From a virus: a stretch of DNA of 64,000 nucleotides. The stretch is taken from the IMG/VR virus record IMGVR_UViG_3300029286_000024, positions 1 to 64,000 of that record, one strand, 5' to 3'. Below the pieces are notes generated by a model that was not told the origin of the DNA, made no database searches, and was given only the letters and a program-made list of their open reading frames with translations. Of the stretch, positions 20,752 to 29,264 are shown in pieces (position 1 is the stretch's first letter; each line of letters begins with the position of its first letter). The translations under genes and the position numbers were made by a program.

Positions 20752-21261
20752 ATGCATCACTTAACCCTGAAACAGATTCAACGATTTCTTAAAAAAATCA
20801 ACTACCACCAATCCATCAAAATTCATTACCTTAAAGAATCTAAAAAAAACAAAAAGAAAATTAACTGGCTCTGCGCACAAGCTGCCTTCTCACGCTACTT
20901 GGAAAAAAATTCAAAAAATATTATGATCGCTTCCCAAATCGAAATCTCTAAACAATGGAAAAAAAGACTCTCCAATAACCAATTTAAAGCCGTTCTGTTA
21001 CATGAAATAGGCCACCTCTATACTGGCTTCATAATCAAAAAAAACCAAATCATAGAAAAATCTAAATCCTTATGCGAATTTGAAGCACAAAACTGGGCTC
21101 TTAAACGCTCCCAACAACTCCACTTTAAAAATATCCGTAGAGAAATTTTAACCCTCTATTACGAATGGTCACAGTTTAATTGGAAATCCCCAGAAAGAAT
21201 CTATCTCAAAGCTTATAAAATGGCTGTCAAAAAAGGCATCCTAAAGAAAATTCTCCAATAG
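20752..21261 (+). CDS. HEXXH metallopeptidase-like basic protein
   Basis: AVLLHEIGH…EFEAQNWA; GTATAAT-N6-ATG upstream. Confidence 0.68.
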   Translation: MHHLTLKQIQRFLKKINYHQSIKIHYLKESKKNKKKINWLCAQAAFSRYLEKNSKNIMIASQIEISKQWKKRLSNNQFKAVLLHEIGHLYTGFIIKKNQIIEKSKSLCEFEAQNWALKRSQQLHFKNIRREILTLYYEWSQFNWKSPERIYLKAYKMAVKKGILKKILQ

Positions 21262-21293
21262 GAATTTAAACCCCTAATTGCGAATTACTATAT

Positions 21294-22901
21294 GTGAAGA
21301 TTTATAGAATAGCCGTAATTATAAAACAAGACCCCAAACTATTAGAGGCGGCACGTCTTGTCGTTGAAGAAAATAAAATGATTGGAGAAATGGCTGAATC
21401 ATTTCATTTAAATCCACAAGACCTCTCCGATGCAGTAGCCGATCTTAGAAAAACCAAATCCCTGCCTGTTAATTTAATTGTAGAACTTTATGAAAAATAT
21501 GGCCGTATTAAAGCTGTCGAAAAGAACTTGCGAAAATATAACCTTAATATTTCAGAAGATGATATAGTATGGGTCATCAGAAGAAATGTCCCCACCGCAA
21601 AACTGAATGCAACTAAAAGCGAAATTGAAAAAATATTGTCCCTGAAAGATCAAGGTAAAACCGGACAACAAATATCCAGTAAAGTGTGGATATCTGAACA
21701 GGGTGTCTATTCCCTTATTAGAAAACTAAGACCAGAAACCGTAAATAGCCGAACAGTAGACAATAAACTTGCCCAAACTATTTTAAATTCCTACATCGAC
21801 CTAACTACTAATCATAATAAAACCTTCCAAGAAGCCGTAAATGAGATATCTTTTAATTTAGGCATTGATATCAAAAAAGTAACAAATGCCCTATATGTAC
21901 GGGGAATTAAAGCTGGACGAGAACCGGGCAAAGACTTTACCACAGAAGAAAAAGAAGCTATCCTTAATGAACTGAAAAACGGTAAAAGTTTTCTCGAAGT
22001 GTCTAAGCAATTTGAAAGATCTCAAAGCGCAATAAGACACATGGTTGAAAGAGAATATCCCACCCTCTATCAAAGATTTAAAAAAATACAATACGGCGTA
22101 GATAATATCCCCATCGATATTAGAAACTTTGTCGTTTACCTAGCCAAACAAAATAAAAGCGCAAAAGAAATACAAGAAGCTCTCAAAAATAGCACCTTCA
22201 ATGCCAACCTCACTACTGGCATGATATATAAAATAGAGAAAAGATGGCTCAATAGATCCCTTGTGCAGTTTGTGGTGGACGAAATTACAGAAGCAAAATC
22301 TAATGACCTCATCCTAAAAGATTATGCCCAAGAATATAATGATACCACTACCCTTACTCCATCTATCATCAATAGAATAAGAACCCAATACTTCCCCAAT
22401 GATACCGCCACTATTAATACTCAACCTACTCAACCCACTCAACCTATCAATGACTGGACAAATCCTAACTGGGTAGATCCTAAAAAGAAAAATAATCCAC
22501 CCACCACTCTAGGCCTGTTTACACCAGAACAACTTAATGAGATGAAGAAAAATAAAGTTGCCTCTTTCAATTGGTATCAATTATATAAATTAGCTAAAGA
22601 TTATAACGACTACCTAGATATCGGACACCCACTCAGTAATGAATTTTATGGTAAAATTGCTCTCTGGGCATTTATAGACGGCAAATTACAAGTCCACGTA
22701 ACCGTATCACCAGATGATAACCATGAAGAACTATGGGGAAATTACTTGGAAGATAATAACTATTTCGGAAGATTTGAATATAAATCAAAAATAGCCAGCA
22801 TCGCAATACCCAGTAACCACCAAGGAAAACCTGTGCCTAATATCATCACAAGAGCCCTGTATGATAAATTCGGACATAATATAAAAATAATGGAGTTCTA
22901 A
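21294..22901 (+). CDS. Multi-HTH-like protein with MKIYRIA tag and a separate C-terminal domain after an internal FNWYQLYKLA
   Basis: Repeated short helical HTH-like units (GKTGQQISSKVWISEQGVYSLI; GKSFLEVSKQFERSQSAIRHMV); TAGG-N19-GAA upstream (21259-21284). Confidence 0.65.
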   Translation: MKIYRIAVIIKQDPKLLEAARLVVEENKMIGEMAESFHLNPQDLSDAVADLRKTKSLPVNLIVELYEKYGRIKAVEKNLRKYNLNISEDDIVWVIRRNVPTAKLNATKSEIEKILSLKDQGKTGQQISSKVWISEQGVYSLIRKLRPETVNSRTVDNKLAQTILNSYIDLTTNHNKTFQEAVNEISFNLGIDIKKVTNALYVRGIKAGREPGKDFTTEEKEAILNELKNGKSFLEVSKQFERSQSAIRHMVEREYPTLYQRFKKIQYGVDNIPIDIRNFVVYLAKQNKSAKEIQEALKNSTFNANLTTGMIYKIEKRWLNRSLVQFVVDEITEAKSNDLILKDYAQEYNDTTTLTPSIINRIRTQYFPNDTATINTQPTQPTQPINDWTNPNWVDPKKKNNPPTTLGLFTPEQLNEMKKNKVASFNWYQLYKLAKDYNDYLDIGHPLSNEFYGKIALWAFIDGKLQVHVTVSPDDNHEELWGNYLEDNNYFGRFEYKSKIASIAIPSNHQGKPVPNIITRALYDKFGHNIKIMEF

Positions 22902-24286
22902 TGAAAATCTACCACCTAGCACAAATCAAAGGCCTCAATATCCATAAAGATAAATCCCAATCTAAAAAAGAACATAAACAACAACATAGAGATCTTAAAA
23001 ATTATGTCAAAATTATCCCCGGCCTCGTTGAAAAAATCTACCAAAATGGAAAAATTATCTATGAACAACTCAAAACCCAAATCCCCGGAAGAAATACCGA
23101 CTCCATCCTCAGACAAAGACGTAAACAATGGATGCTCAGAACTAACGAAATAGAAGGATTACAAGAATTCTATTCCTATGTCGCCGGAGAAGATAATAAA
23201 ACAAAAGTTCTAAGACTCATCTGCGATATGGTCAGCGATCAAATCCTGCTCAGAGAGGGTAAAAAAAGACTCGTCAACTGGGCCACTAATTTCTTCAAAA
23301 ATACAGAAACCGAAGAAAAACAAGCCGATTTCCAAGATTCAGGCTATGACCAATCCCTCCTCGACCTCCTCCCACCACAAGTCTATTTCGACCTAGGACC
23401 CAATAGAGAATTACTCACCATTAAAGAAAGCTTCGGTAGAGAACAGAAAAACTGGGAAATTATGTCCAAAAAAATAGCCTATATCGCCCAACACTTCAAT
23501 GCCATGGTCCATGATATCAAAAATGACCTCAACTCAGGCGACGAAACTACTAAATTACTCGCACTGATGATGGCTATTACTATCGAAACCGGACTCAGAC
23601 CCGGTGCCGTAGGAAATGCCGCCAATGTCATCGACCCCATTACTAAAGAAAAAATAGAAATCGATACCTTCGGAGTCACTACCCTCCAAGTCCAACATGT
23701 CAAAATTATCAGAGATGGCTTCGCTGAACTCCAATTCCCCGGTAAAAAAGGAACCGAACAAATTGCCCACCTAACCGATTCCGATATCGTCAACGCCCTA
23801 CAACAAATTCTCTCCACCACTTCCCTTCAAGGAGATACTACCATGCTCTTTGTCACTAAATCCGGCCTCCATGTCGATGATACCTTAATGCGTAACTATG
23901 TCCAAAATAAATGGAGAGATATTTCCCCTACCGATTTTAGAAAATTCGTCGCTACTAAAAACTTCTATAACTATGTCAAACAAGCTACCCTTACCTTTCG
24001 ATCTACCCTCCTCGAAGAATTAACCAAAGATCAGGAAATCGTAAAAGAAACCATCGTCAATGGCATTATTAAAATTATCTCCGACGCTATAGAATCTACT
24101 AAACAAATCCTCAGCCATAAAGAAGGCCACGATGCTTGGCAATCCTATGTCTCACCTAAAATTATCCTCGCCTACCTCTCCAATGGCGGATTAGATGATA
24201 CTCTGGAAGATATCTTAATCGATAATAAAAATGTCCGATTCAGTTTCGATTTCAAGGACTTTATAAAATTTGCGGATACCTTATGA
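22901..24286 (+). CDS. DNA topoisomerase IB (poxvirus/bacterial type), MKIYHLA tag
   Basis: Catalytic pentad recognisable: ETGLRPG (R), FGVTTL, FPGKKG (K), TDFRKF (R), LSH (H), QSYVSP (Y). Confidence 0.85.
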   Translation: MKIYHLAQIKGLNIHKDKSQSKKEHKQQHRDLKNYVKIIPGLVEKIYQNGKIIYEQLKTQIPGRNTDSILRQRRKQWMLRTNEIEGLQEFYSYVAGEDNKTKVLRLICDMVSDQILLREGKKRLVNWATNFFKNTETEEKQADFQDSGYDQSLLDLLPPQVYFDLGPNRELLTIKESFGREQKNWEIMSKKIAYIAQHFNAMVHDIKNDLNSGDETTKLLALMMAITIETGLRPGAVGNAANVIDPITKEKIEIDTFGVTTLQVQHVKIIRDGFAELQFPGKKGTEQIAHLTDSDIVNALQQILSTTSLQGDTTMLFVTKSGLHVDDTLMRNYVQNKWRDISPTDFRKFVATKNFYNYVKQATLTFRSTLLEELTKDQEIVKETIVNGIIKIISDAIESTKQILSHKEGHDAWQSYVSPKIILAYLSNGGLDDTLEDILIDNKNVRFSFDFKDFIKFADTL

Positions 24287-24447
24287 AAATTTACAGAATA
24301 AATAAAAATATCAAGAAAGCAGAATTACCGCAACCGACTAACCCCACTAACCCTACTAACCCTACCTATACCGTTAGATCTATGCTCCAAGATCTCTCAA
24401 AATGGGATGAGTTTTTGAAAAATATCAATACTAATGAAAATATATAG
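24283..24447 (+). CDS. Small tagged protein (54 aa; MKIYRINKNIKKAELPQPTNPTNPTNPT…)
   Basis: Translated by hand; fills the gap between topo IB and the next gene, overlapping both. Confidence 0.6.
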   Translation: MKIYRINKNIKKAELPQPTNPTNPTNPTYTVRSMLQDLSKWDEFLKNINTNENI

Positions 24448-25036
24448 ATTATCACAAAATACTACCTCTAATCAATTTAAAGAATGGTTCGGAGATTGGA
24501 CAAACGAAGATGCCTATTCGTCTAAAAACCCAAAACCCATACCCTCTATGGCAATCAACGAAGATCAAACACCCAAAGTTATGTATCATGGAACTTCAAA
24601 AGATTTTAACGATTTTGAAGTAGGGAAAGAAGGTTATAATAGCAATGTTTTTGGGTCATGGAAAACTACCCGTAATGCAATATTCTTTACCCCCAATCCA
24701 AATGATGCCAATACCTTTACGTCTAGCGGAGGAAATACTACTGGCGGAAATATTAAACCCGTATACCTGAATGTCCGCTCACCCCTCGATTTTCGTAACG
24801 GAGTGGATAACCTTACACTTGATGAATTTGAAAAAGAAGGCATAAATCCAAAATGGCTTATCAATTTTACATGGGAACACTTAGATGACGAAGATGGAAA
24901 ACTTTTTGTTGATGCCGCACGTCGCTTAGGATATGATGGAATTATCTTTACCGATGAGAATCCCGAAACAAGAGAAAATATGGAAACGTGGGCAGTATTT
25001 AATCCATCCCAAATACGCTCTGTTTATCAAAAATGA
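24434..25036 (+). CDS. ADP-ribosyltransferase-like (ART-PolyVal-type) protein, MKIYRLS tag
   Basis: FKEWFGDW…PKVMYHGT…IFFT…PVYLNVRSP…GYDGII…ETWAVFNPSQIRS, the pattern of the ART domain of phage polyvalent proteins. Confidence 0.78.
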   Translation: MKIYRLSQNTTSNQFKEWFGDWTNEDAYSSKNPKPIPSMAINEDQTPKVMYHGTSKDFNDFEVGKEGYNSNVFGSWKTTRNAIFFTPNPNDANTFTSSGGNTTGGNIKPVYLNVRSPLDFRNGVDNLTLDEFEKEGINPKWLINFTWEHLDDEDGKLFVDAARRLGYDGIIFTDENPETRENMETWAVFNPSQIRSVYQK

Positions 25037-25572
25037 AAATATATAGACTATCACAAGAAATATTCCGTGGCGACTCCTCCCCCATCCATATCAATGACTA
25101 TAACCCCGAATATGGCGTCAAAGAACTCGGAAAAGAATTAGGCTCCGCAGCAGCTTGGGGTCCCGGTATCTATTTCGTCACACAAAAAGATATCGCCCAG
25201 ATGTACGGCCCCCATATTACTAAAAAATTTCTCAGTAATGCACATATCCTCACAAAACAAAACCCCAAATTTAATTCACAACAAATAAACAATATGCTCC
25301 AAAACATCGATAAAGAAAAAATGGAAATAGCCATATCTAACTGGAACGAAAATTATAACCTAGGAAAAAAAATATTAATACAATCCATAGTCAATGCCGA
25401 TAACCCACTAGATCAATTAATGAATATATGGTCAGAAGTCTTCCTACACCAAAATGCCAATGCCTTTATTGAACTTATGATTAAAAACGGGATCGATGGA
25501 ATCTCTATAACCAAAGATGACGCTACCTATTATGTCATCTATAATAAAGAAATACTAAATGAAAATATATAG
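25033..25572 (+). CDS. Second ART-like protein, MKIYRLS tag
   Basis: IFRGD…WGPGIYFVT…AQMYG…GIDGI…YVIYN. Confidence 0.62.
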   Translation: MKIYRLSQEIFRGDSSPIHINDYNPEYGVKELGKELGSAAAWGPGIYFVTQKDIAQMYGPHITKKFLSNAHILTKQNPKFNSQQINNMLQNIDKEKMEIAISNWNENYNLGKKILIQSIVNADNPLDQLMNIWSEVFLHQNANAFIELMIKNGIDGISITKDDATYYVIYNKEILNENI

Positions 25573-26179
25573 ACTATCTACCACTACCTTTACCCCGCAA
25601 TTTACCCCTGCAAAAAATACCGCCCAAGATCTAGCCCTGTCTAACCCACAAGAAGCTATGAACGCTAAAGGCTTTAATGTCAGAAAAATGCTCGCTAACC
25701 GCATCCTTAATAAAACTAATGCCGGAAATCTCTCCAATCCCAATTACCAACAAATAGTCGATTTCTACTGCCAAAGAGAAAACTTGCCACCACTCCAAAT
25801 TACATGGTTCGGCAATATCAAAGATCCCAAAATATCAGGACAATCTATCGTGGGACAATTTGGCATCTATACCGATAAATCCCCCTTCCTTAAGCTGAAT
25901 AAAGCCTTCCTCGATATGCCACAAACTATGATCCTTACCATACGCCATGAAATAGAACATGCCATAGATACCCTGAAACATAATTACCGCACTACCCCTT
26001 CCAACCAACACCATAAAAATTACTCACGCTTCGATAGACAATATGCCCATAAAGAAATACTCCAAGATGCTATCGAAAACCAAAAACCCGTATCTGCCCT
26101 AGCTATAGAACATTTTAATATCCCCATCCCCGAAAATTATACCCGAAATGGAGATTATTATGTCCCAATACCACAATAG
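25559..26179 (+). CDS. HEXXH metallopeptidase-like protein, MKIYRLS tag
   Basis: LTIRHEIEHAID. Confidence 0.65.
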   Translation: MKIYRLSTTTFTPQFTPAKNTAQDLALSNPQEAMNAKGFNVRKMLANRILNKTNAGNLSNPNYQQIVDFYCQRENLPPLQITWFGNIKDPKISGQSIVGQFGIYTDKSPFLKLNKAFLDMPQTMILTIRHEIEHAIDTLKHNYRTTPSNQHHKNYSRFDRQYAHKEILQDAIENQKPVSALAIEHFNIPIPENYTRNGDYYVPIPQ

Positions 26180-26208
26180 CTCTATTTAATGCTGTAATTA
26201 ATGCACAA

Positions 26209-26919
26209 TCAATTAGAATGCCTTAACCTAGGAATAATCCATTTAGCTTCTTTATACCAATTATTTGATTTTGCTGCTATTCCTTTACCTTTTAATTGAT
26301 TTAAGGTCTCTTTCCCACCTTCTATGAATAAAGCCGCTAAATCCCCACGCTGATGAACAACATTAAGCATGGCATCAACCCAAAATAATTGCTGCTCTGG
26401 AGTTTGCGATCTCATAAGATTTGAAGCAAATTCTTCCAACTTAGGCAACCCGTAATCACTTATAGGAGTCCCATACGGAGTTTCAAGATAAGACCAATTA
26501 AAATCATTCGAACGATCTTTAGAAGTCGGTATCTTATATCCCGTAATATCCTCTATATCTGACCATCCACCTTGACTATGACCCGATAAATCATTCGATG
26601 CCCTTAATCTAGCCAGTAACTCTATCATTTTATCCGCTATTTCTTGCATCCCTTTATAATCATGTACCACCCCATTCCTACTATAATCATTCCATATCTT
26701 GATTAATCTGGCCTTGGGAATTACTGTCCACTTCATCATGGTGTTCTTTTTACGCTTCTTATCATAAAAATCTCCAAGAATATCCCGCTTCTGCTCATCG
26801 GTTAAATTAAATAAGTTCTCTATCTTTTCTTCATAGAGACGAGATTCAGGATCAATAAGATCTTTTTCCATGTCAATAGAATTTTCCAACGATTCATTTG
26901 ATAATCGATATATCTTCAT
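26209..26919 (-). CDS. Hypothetical protein, MKIYRLS tag
   Basis: 236 aa; SDYGL…LNVVHQRGDLAALFIEGG; C-terminal NNWYKEA. Confidence 0.72.
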   Translation of the reverse strand: MKIYRLSNESLENSIDMEKDLIDPESRLYEEKIENLFNLTDEQKRDILGDFYDKKRKKNTMMKWTVIPKARLIKIWNDYSRNGVVHDYKGMQEIADKMIELLARLRASNDLSGHSQGGWSDIEDITGYKIPTSKDRSNDFNWSYLETPYGTPISDYGLPKLEEFASNLMRSQTPEQQLFWVDAMLNVVHQRGDLAALFIEGGKETLNQLKGKGIAAKSNNWYKEAKWIIPRLRHSN

Positions 26920-26934
26920 AAGAATTATTTCTAT

Positions 26935-27426
26935 AAATATTTGTAATATCTTGCAACGAAAAATTTATAAGAAAAAAATTTCCCGGTGTATTTTTTTCCC
27001 GGTGTATTTTTTTTTATGGGAGTACCTATTTTTTATAAGAAAAATTATGGAAACATCGAAGGTATATTGAGGAACGACAGATTATGTTTTTGAGGGTGTT
27101 CCCCATCTTCCACCATTTTTCCTGAGTACAAATTCTGCCCAAAGAGATAAAAATTGAGGTTGTTCAGAAATAAATTCTTTCATCCATTCTCTTTTTTCAC
27201 TCATTAATTCTAATTGGGTGTCTAAAACACTCCATCCTGCTTTTTTGCCCATTTCTTCCCACTGGCTTTTGTTTAACTTAATTTTCATTTTATATCCTCC
27301 GATTGTTTTCTTAGTATTTCATAAAAACAAATTTGTAATCCTTCTCGAAAGTATTTGTAATTTAAAAAATTTCCGTGTGTTTTTTTTATGGGAGTCCCTT
27401 ATTTTTTATAAGAAAAAAATTATAGG
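26935..27426. repeat. Degenerate ~100-bp AT-rich direct repeat (about 26935-27050 and 27330-27426); candidate replication origin
   Basis: Shared aaaaaatttcc..gtgt.tttttttatgggagt.cc..ttattttttataagaaaaa; internal tandem tttcccggtgtatttt x2. Confidence 0.6.
27082..27288 (-). CDS. Small protein with MKIKLNKSQWEEMGKKAGW tag
   Basis: SD GGAGG; AAGG-N19-GAA at 27318-27343(-). Confidence 0.7.
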   Translation of the reverse strand: MKIKLNKSQWEEMGKKAGWSVLDTQLELMSEKREWMKEFISEQPQFLSLWAEFVLRKNGGRWGTPSKT

Positions 27427-27609
27427 CTAAAGCAAAAGTAGCCGGGCCGTGATCTAGGGAACCCCCATGATTTAAAAACGGTGAATAAATCGAAGGGGTC
27501 TTTACGTATGCCTTTCCCAAAAAAATGCCCATGTCAAGCTTATAATGTAAATAAATATTTATTTTTCAACGCAAGAAAATCTCCACGCTAAAACATATCC
27601 ATATAGGGC

Positions 27610-27638
27610 TTGACATTCAGTGGGGTATATGATATGCT
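27610..27638 (+). promoter_or_regulatory. sigma70-type promoter on + strand (TTGACA-N17-TATGCT, extended -10)
   Basis: Exact spacing; near-identical -10 region (ATGATATGCTTCCC) at 28147-28175. Confidence 0.6.
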
Positions 27639-27667
27639 TCCCCATGTTCTACCCCATGATCACAAAC

Positions 27668-27695
27668 GAAGAGAGGGTTGCGTTCCCCTCTCTTC
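27668..27695. terminator. Hairpin ending the minus-strand cassette array
   Basis: gaagagaggg…ccctctcttc perfect 10-bp stem. Confidence 0.65.
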
Positions 27696-27718
27696 CCTTT
27701 CGTTCTTACTTGGTAATG

Positions 27719-28030
27719 CTAGGCGGCAATTCGGGCCTTGCGGAATTTCTTAGCGGCCATGATGTTCCTCAATTTCGTTTCATGGTTGAGCATGATGGAA
27801 ACTACGTCTCTGGCAGAAAGGAGGCGACCTACGAGATTGAGTTCCAGAGCCTCATGGATAGCGGTACTGAAATCCCGTAGCCTCTCAACTTCTCTGGCTT
27901 CGTCCCTGTCAAAGAGGATCGTTCCATCGTTAAGCTGATAGGCCGTAGTTCTTGCCGTTTTTCCTACGATAGCCCCGTTGACAATTTGACCTTCTCCTTC
28001 TTTGGGAACCATGACCGATATATGTTTCAT
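27719..28030 (-). CDS. Hypothetical protein (last cassette of the array)
   Basis: 103 aa with its own promoter and SD. Confidence 0.7.
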   Translation of the reverse strand: MKHISVMVPKEGEGQIVNGAIVGKTARTTAYQLNDGTILFDRDEAREVERLRDFSTAIHEALELNLVGRLLSARDVVSIMLNHETKLRNIMAAKKFRKARIAA

Positions 28031-28163
28031 ATTGCTCCTGTCCTTTGTTATTGTTTATGCGGTACTTATACTACAGATTGCTAAGAATGTCAAGGGGAAA
28101 GTTGGTTTTTCTTTTGATGACATACATTTCCACGCTATAATAAATCTTGACATTCCCATGATT

Positions 28164-29087
28164 TTATGATATGCTTCCCGAAGTTGTTGACTTTTCTGTT
28201 TGGGCTTTGTTGGCATCCTCTTCTATTTCATGTTTGATATTCAGAATGTAATCGCTTGCCTTTTGCGCTTTGCCTGCTGCTAAGATCAACATTTTCGGAT
28301 CGGACTTTAGGGACTTAAGCCAATGTTGAATATAGGCCACGTTGTTATCCCAAGTCTTCGCAAGGCCAACATGATTGCAAAGGAAAATGCAAGTCATTTC
28401 TGCTACAAGTTCCTCTTTAGAATAGGCATGATCTACCGTAAAAGAGGACAGGCCGATTTCAGGACGAGCAAGGCGGCTAGAATGACCTGTAGAATGTCCT
28501 AACTCATGGAACATAGTAGCGTAGTAGCTTTCCTCATCATTAAACAATTCTTTTCTAGGCATATTGACATGATCAGCGGTAGGACAATAGAACGCTCTAG
28601 CCTCTTTGAATTGAATCTGAGGGGCTTTCTGCATTTCCTTAATGATCTTTTCCGCATCCTGTATGGGGTTGAATTGTATGACAGGGATTGAAGGGATTTT
28701 CTTGGCATCAATTCCTTCGGTTTGTTCGACGTTGAAAACGGTATAGTATCGAAGGAACGGGATTTTCTTTGCCTTGGTTGTTCCGTTATCTTGTTTCTCA
28801 TCAATCAAAAGCCATTTCCAATATACAACGGGGATACCATGTTCTCCCTTCTTGATTTTACCCCCAAGGTCTTTTGCCTGTTTGAAGGAAAGGAAATAGG
28901 GGGAAGCATAGCCAAGCATTGAAAGGATGAAAACGTTAATACCCCGATAGTTTTTCTTAGTTATCAGGTTTTTTGGCATTCCCCCGCCGAACCAAGGTTT
29001 ATGCCAAGGACAATTACCTTTTTCCAATTCCGCAACAACCTTGTCGGTGATCATCTTGTAGATTGTTTCTTGTCCGTTTTGGCTCAT
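28164..29087 (-). CDS. ardC: ArdC-family antirestriction protein (ssDNA-binding DUF1738 + zincin-like domain)
   Basis: PWHKPW…YRGIN…FLSFKQA…GGKIKKGE…YTVFNVEQ…AFYCP…HELGHSTGH…YSKEELVAE…YIQHWL. Confidence 0.92.
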   Translation of the reverse strand: MSQNGQETIYKMITDKVVAELEKGNCPWHKPWFGGGMPKNLITKKNYRGINVFILSMLGYASPYFLSFKQAKDLGGKIKKGEHGIPVVYWKWLLIDEKQDNGTTKAKKIPFLRYYTVFNVEQTEGIDAKKIPSIPVIQFNPIQDAEKIIKEMQKAPQIQFKEARAFYCPTADHVNMPRKELFNDEESYYATMFHELGHSTGHSSRLARPEIGLSSFTVDHAYSKEELVAEMTCIFLCNHVGLAKTWDNNVAYIQHWLKSLKSDPKMLILAAGKAQKASDYILNIKHEIEEDANKAQTEKSTTSGSIS

Positions 29088-29264
29088 GTAAATCTCCCTT
29101 GTTCTATTGTTCGAGCTTAACTATACCACAAATAATGGAAATGTCAAGCGGAAACAAAACTATTTTTGTTTCGCTGAGAAGAAAATGAAAGGATAATTAG
29201 GGTTTCCACGCTAGGGATTTTATTCAAATCCCACGCTAGAATAGGCAAAGATTTTAGTTGACAA

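Noticed and set aside
22901-24286. Tyrosine recombinase/integrase
   Set aside because: Motifs (FGVTTL, FPGKKG, DFRKF, SYVSP) fit topoisomerase IB; the HxxR of integrases is absent.
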